Positions 59,660 through 64,000 of a DNA stretch of 64,000 nt are shown in pieces. The number at the start of each line of letters is the position of its first letter. The first letter of the stretch is position 1. This DNA comes from Candidatus Saccharimonadales bacterium (lineage in GTDB: Bacteria > Patescibacteriota > Saccharimonadia > QS-5-54-17): the NCBI GenBank assembly GCA_040876925.1, contig JBBDOS010000004.1:37330-101329 (forward strand), written 5' to 3'. The translations under genes were made by a program, and so were the position numbers. Below the pieces are notes generated by a model that saw nothing but the letters and a program-made list of their open reading frames with translations, was not told the DNA's origin and made no database searches.

Positions 59660-60628
59660 ATGGCTGATGAAGTACAACTACGCGGTGGATCAGAATCAGA
59701 GAATGATGCTTTCACTGGCTTAGATCGTGAAGTTACAGTCGATACTACTAATAAGACACTTAGAATACATGATGGTACAACAGCTGGAGGGTCTAAACTA
59801 CCTGCCTATGATGAATGGGGTAGGTTACAAGTAGCTGATCCGGTAAATGATACTGATGCTGCAAGTAAAGGGTATATAGATGATAATACTGCTTCTTTCA
59901 ATACAGGTACTGAAGCAGAGCGTGACGCCGCCGACCCTAAACCTGAATACTGGTGGAATACAGATACTTCAAAGCTAGAGCGATGGAACGGTTCGACGTG
60001 GGACGTGATTGGACCCGCTGGCGGCGTAGACGTGCAGACGTTCGCCGCGTCCGGCACCTGGACCAAGCCCGAAGGTGCGACCGACGCAAGCCTGGTAGTG
60101 GTCGAGCTAGTTGCGGGCGGTGCAGGCGGCAGCACCGACGGAGGAGGCAGCTATTCAGGCGGTGACGGTGGTTCCGCTATTCACGGAACTTTTCGCGCAG
60201 GTGAACTATCGGCTACCGAAAGCGTTACCATTGGAAGCGGCGGAAACGGCGCGGTGACCGGAATAGGTGCGGCCGGTGGGGACACAACGTTTTCCAACCT
60301 GCTACGCGCCTTCGGCGGACTAGGAAACGCTAGCAACGGCGGCGGCGCTGGCGGTGCTGGAGACGGAAGCAAGGGCGGAAATAACTGGCCGAAAGTCAGC
60401 GACGGCGGCGCTGGAAGTTCTATTGGCGGCGGCGGCGGCGGCCGAAATGGCGGCGGCGCGGGCGGCACATCCTACAGCGCAGGTAACGGCGGCGCAGGCA
60501 ACAACGCCGGAAGCGGTGCAGACGACGGATCGATCCCTGGTGGCGGCGGCGGTGGCTCTGACGCAGCTGGCGGCGGTAACGGCGGCGACGGCGCACGCGG
60601 CGAGGTCCGCGTCATCACCTACCTCTAG
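59660..60628 (+). CDS. Phage tail-fibre-like chimeric protein (Mtd_N-like N-terminus, Gly-rich C-terminal domain)
   Basis: VQLRGG...FTG..REVTVDT....RIHDGTTAGG; DAASKGYID; WWNT....ERWNGSTW; TFAASGTWTKP...GGAGG...GARGEVRV; GC shift within the gene. Confidence 0.75.
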   Translation: MADEVQLRGGSESENDAFTGLDREVTVDTTNKTLRIHDGTTAGGSKLPAYDEWGRLQVADPVNDTDAASKGYIDDNTASFNTGTEAERDAADPKPEYWWNTDTSKLERWNGSTWDVIGPAGGVDVQTFAASGTWTKPEGATDASLVVVELVAGGAGGSTDGGGSYSGGDGGSAIHGTFRAGELSATESVTIGSGGNGAVTGIGAAGGDTTFSNLLRAFGGLGNASNGGGAGGAGDGSKGGNNWPKVSDGGAGSSIGGGGGGRNGGGAGGTSYSAGNGGAGNNAGSGADDGSIPGGGGGGSDAAGGGNGGDGARGEVRVITYL

Positions 60629-60794
60629 GAGGCTGACTATAGCACGCGCAGCACTACTGATTAGTAAGTAGCTCGTATTAGTTATATCCTACTTATTTTC
60701 TACCAGTGTACTCAGATGAAACTATAATACTTTAAAACTAATAGGAACTTGATAGATTTTAGATTATTTTAGCTGTTTAAAATAGTTACTTTTA

Positions 60795-60803
60795 TGGTAT
60801 AAT
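60795..60803 (+). promoter_or_regulatory. Extended -10 promoter upstream of mraY
   Basis: TGGTATAAT 37 nt before the mraY ATG. Confidence 0.55.
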
Positions 60804-60839
60804 TTCACCTGTAACGATATATCTTATAAAATAAAAAAT

Positions 60840-61883
60840 ATGAATAATTTAGAACTTACTCAACTGGAACCGATAATGCTAGATATTACTCTAGCAGCAG
60901 CTATGGCTTTTGCGGTATCTATCTTAATTACACCTATATATACTCATCTAGCCTATAAGTATCAAGCTTGGAAGCGAGTTAAAGATACGGCTATTACCGG
61001 AGAAAAGGCTAAGATATTCCATAAACTACACGCCGAGAAGCATAAACGTAATATTCCTACTATGGCTGGTGTTATTATGATAGCGGCTATTACTTTTGTG
61101 ACCGTATTATTCAACTTTTCTACCGCACAAACCCTACTACCTTTAGCAGCGCTGATTGCTGCTGGCGGAGTGGGCTTAATTGATGACTTTATTAATATCC
61201 GGGCACCTTCTCAAGGGATAGCCGGTATGAGGTCACAGATTAAGTTTACTTTGATATTAATCATTGCTTTATCTATTAGTTGGTGGGCTTATTCTAAGCT
61301 AGGGTATACATCCCTATCGGTACCTTTCTTTGAATCTCTACCTCTAGGCTTGTTTATCATACCCCTATTTACCTTTGTAATAGTGGCTATTGCTAATGCT
61401 GTTAATATCACTGATGGTTTAGATGGTTTGGCTGGTGGATTACTATCAATAGTCTTTGGTGTTTATACTGTTATAGCTTTAATGCAAGGTAACTTCGGTA
61501 TAGCTATTTACTGTGGTACGGTGGTTGGTTCCATGCTAGCTTATACCTGGTTTAATATCTTTCCAGCTAGGTTCTTTATGGGCGATACTGGCTCTTTTGC
61601 TTTGGGTGCATCTTTAGGTGTAGTGGCACTTCTAACAGATACAGTATTATTGCTACCTATTATTGCTGGAATGTTTGTTATAGAGGTCAGTTCATCAAGT
61701 ATTCAAATACTATCCAAGAAATATTTAGGCCGTAAAATATTCATATCAGCCCCTTTACATCACCATTTTGAAGCTAAGGGTTGGCCTGAGACTAAAGTAA
61801 CCATGAGATTTTGGATATTAGGCGCCATGATGGCTATATCGGGCCTAATCATAGCGGTACTAGGTGGTCAACTTCAGTTTTAG
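60840..61883 (+). CDS. mraY: Phospho-MurNAc-pentapeptide transferase
   Basis: PTMAG, GLIDD, NAVNITDGLDGLA, FMGDTGS, APLHHHFE..GW.E. Confidence 0.96.
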   Translation: MNNLELTQLEPIMLDITLAAAMAFAVSILITPIYTHLAYKYQAWKRVKDTAITGEKAKIFHKLHAEKHKRNIPTMAGVIMIAAITFVTVLFNFSTAQTLLPLAALIAAGGVGLIDDFINIRAPSQGIAGMRSQIKFTLILIIALSISWWAYSKLGYTSLSVPFFESLPLGLFIIPLFTFVIVAIANAVNITDGLDGLAGGLLSIVFGVYTVIALMQGNFGIAIYCGTVVGSMLAYTWFNIFPARFFMGDTGSFALGASLGVVALLTDTVLLLPIIAGMFVIEVSSSSIQILSKKYLGRKIFISAPLHHHFEAKGWPETKVTMRFWILGAMMAISGLIIAVLGGQLQF

Positions 61884-61926
61884 ATAGAAGCCATTTTTAT
61901 ACAAGTCCATAAACAAAAACAAATAT

Positions 61927-63159
61927 ATGAGTACAAATAAAAACAAAAGCACCAGGAGATTTACAGAATCTAATAAAGTTCGTCGTCATCGCAGTGACGT
62001 TAGTATTATCCTAATCACTATGGCCCTAGTAGCTTTTGGGTTAATTGTTATATATGCAATTAGTCCAATATTAAGCCATAGAATATCGGGGGATGTAGAT
62101 CGTAACTATTTTGTTTATGGTCAACTTAGGAATATCGGAGTTGCCCTAGTAGCTTTTATATTTGCTAGTAAGATACATTGGCGGAATTGGCAGTATAAGT
62201 TTCTATCTCTGTTAATTATAGCTTCTTCTATATCACTGGCTATGACTTTCGTACCGGGACTAGCTATCACCCAGGGTGGAGCTACTAGATGGGTTGGTAT
62301 AGGCGGGCTTAGCTTTCAGCCGGCAGAGTTAGTCAAGCTGACAGTTCTAGTCGGTTTAGCGGCTTGGTTCGCTAAACTCCAGGCAGCTGATTTTAAAAAC
62401 TACAAGATGACCTTATTGCCGGTAATCATCATCAGTGTTTTGGTAGCTGGCTTTATACTAATTCACCAGCGAGATATGGGTACCATGGTAGTAATTGTCG
62501 GTATTATTATGTCTATATTCTATGCTAGCGGAGTTAGCTTGTATCAATTCGGTGTTTTAATGGCTGCGGGTATAGCCTTCTTCGTGGCTAATATTGTCTT
62601 ATTCCCTCACCGTATGGAAAGGGTTAGAACTTTTTTTGATCCATCATCAAACTTAGCTGAAAGCGGTTATCATTTGCACCAGTCCTTAATAGCGGTAGGA
62701 TCAGGCGGTATGCTTGGCCTTGGTCTGGGTAAAAGTATCCAAGTTTATGGCTATCTACCAGAGGCAGTCAACGACTCTATATTTGCCATCATTGCTGAAA
62801 TGTTTGGCTTCGTCGGGGCTTTGTTTGTCGTTATATTGTTTGGATTGCTAGTATATAGAGTCTTAATTGTGGCCAGAGACGCACCAGATAGCTTCTCACA
62901 GCTTTTTGTGGTAGGAGTAGCAGCCTGGATAGGTATTCAAGCTAGCGTTAATATGATGGCTATGATAGGCATCATTCCTTTAACTGGCATTCCTTTGCCG
63001 TTTGTTAGCTATGGAGGTAGTAGCTTAGTGTTTATGATGATAGCATTAGGTATAGTAGTAAATATATCTCGTTATACTGAAAGGAGTATGGTTAATGCGA
63101 ATAGTACTAGCCGGCGGCGGCAGCGGCGGCCATCTAACACCCGTAGTAGCCGTAGCTAA
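61927..63159 (+). CDS. ftsW: SEDS glycosyltransferase FtsW
   Basis: GATRW, FQPAELVK, YLPEAVNDSIFAIIAE, GIPLPFVSYGGSS; between mraY and murG. Confidence 0.92.
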   Translation: MSTNKNKSTRRFTESNKVRRHRSDVSIILITMALVAFGLIVIYAISPILSHRISGDVDRNYFVYGQLRNIGVALVAFIFASKIHWRNWQYKFLSLLIIASSISLAMTFVPGLAITQGGATRWVGIGGLSFQPAELVKLTVLVGLAAWFAKLQAADFKNYKMTLLPVIIISVLVAGFILIHQRDMGTMVVIVGIIMSIFYASGVSLYQFGVLMAAGIAFFVANIVLFPHRMERVRTFFDPSSNLAESGYHLHQSLIAVGSGGMLGLGLGKSIQVYGYLPEAVNDSIFAIIAEMFGFVGALFVVILFGLLVYRVLIVARDAPDSFSQLFVVGVAAWIGIQASVNMMAMIGIIPLTGIPLPFVSYGGSSLVFMMIALGIVVNISRYTERSMVNANSTSRRRQRRPSNTRSSRS

Positions 63160-64000
63160 AGCACTCGTTAAGTCCAATCCTGATATTAACCTGCACTTTG
63201 TAGGTTTAGGTCATCAGATGGAAAAAGATTTAATAGGGCCACTAGATATCAAGATGCATAAAATAGTATCTGGTAAGATGCGTCGTTACAGTGGTAGACC
63301 TTTCTGGGAGAACTTACTTGATCTGAAGGTAAAACTGCTTAATATTTGGGACTTTTTCAAGCTAATAGTCGGTATTATATTAAGCATTTGGCTATTACTT
63401 AAGCTGAGACCTGATAGAGTCTTTTGTAAGGGTGGTTATGCTTCATTGCCAGTCGGTATAGCTGCTTGGTTGCTCAGGAAACCACTTATTATACATGAAT
63501 CGGATGCTCATATAGGTTTGAGTAACCGTATATTAGCTAGACTTACCCCATATCGGATTAGCGGCTTTGATGTTAGTGGTTTTTTAAATCTAGGCAATCC
63601 GATCAGAGAAGATATTACTCATCCTAGCTCTTTAGGTAAGAGTGACTTTGGCATAACTACTGATAAACCGGTAGTTATAGTAGTTGGTGGCAGCCTTGGC
63701 TCTAGTAGTATTAATAGCGTTGTAAGTCATTTAGCTGAGGAAACAGATGGTTTTGAGATTATTCATGTAGCTGGAGAGGGTAAAGAGGAAAAAAATCACC
63801 TTAACCACTACCATAGCTACAGCTTCTTAGGTCCAGAATTAGCCGGAGCATTGCAGCTAGCAGATGTAGTTGTAGCTAGAGCTGGGGCAAATACCCTGCT
63901 AGAGCTAGCTGCTTTAGGTAAAGCAGCCATTATCGTACCTCATCCTAGATTAAGCGGTAATCACCAGTATGAAAATGCTAAGATTATGGCTGATAAGCAG
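63095..64000 (+). CDS. murG: MurG glycosyltransferase (3'-truncated by window edge; absent from the ORF track)
   Basis: ATG 63095 gives MRIVLAGGGSGGHLTP; KGGYAS.P, IHESD, GNPIR, GGSLGS, RAGANT, HQYENA. Confidence 0.95.
   Translation, partial: MRIVLAGGGSGGHLTPVVAVAKALVKSNPDINLHFVGLGHQMEKDLIGPLDIKMHKIVSGKMRRYSGRPFWENLLDLKVKLLNIWDFFKLIVGIILSIWLLLKLRPDRVFCKGGYASLPVGIAAWLLRKPLIIHESDAHIGLSNRILARLTPYRISGFDVSGFLNLGNPIREDITHPSSLGKSDFGITTDKPVVIVVGGSLGSSSINSVVSHLAEETDGFEIIHVAGEGKEEKNHLNHYHSYSFLGPELAGALQLADVVVARAGANTLLELAALGKAAIIVPHPRLSGNHQYENAKIMADKQ

Noticed and set aside
59660-60628. Diversity-generating retroelement target (Mtd_N-like start)
   Set aside because: No reverse transcriptase and no adenine-variable TR/VR repeat pair seen in the window; the C-terminus is Gly-rich, not C-type-lectin-like.
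1-64000. Alternative genetic code (UGA=Gly as in Gracilibacteria/Absconditabacteria)
   Set aside because: Conserved genes translate fully in code 11, TGA terminates pyrG and others, and RF2 is present.

Overview
Core-genome window of a reduced bacterium, most likely Patescibacteria (CPR, Saccharimonadia-like). This is inferred from gene content and order: rpsB-tsf-frr-uppS-rseP-proS with no pyrH/cdsA/dxr, dimeric-type GlyRS, type-2 IleRS, and monoderm LCP and LPxTG proteins. Standard code 11 (TGA is used as a stop). Most genes cover translation, cell wall and elongasome, secretion and division (mraZ-rsmH-ftsL-ftsI-mraY-ftsW-murG). I saw no tRNA, rRNA, CRISPR array, transposase or reverse transcriptase. 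The main unexplained signals are non-coding. (1) A ~265-nt structured RNA between mraZ and rsmH is closed by a 25-bp G-U-rich long-range helix that covers the rsmH RBS. It comes with AAAAAC repeats at most dcw translation starts and an unannotated 27-aa ORF ending in LVAA. (2) A GC-elevated two-gene surface-protein cassette (32.3-33.8 kb) is bracketed by very long rod-like RNA stems. Its 5' hairpin carries a 13-nt perfect complement to a segment of the dcw RNA. Smaller signals: a probable AUU start for uppS, a phage-fibre-like chimeric gene inserted in the dcw cluster, a frameshifting 19-nt duplication, a degenerate histidine kinase and an HHGT variant of the IleRS HIGH motif. All base pairings were read by eye, not computed.
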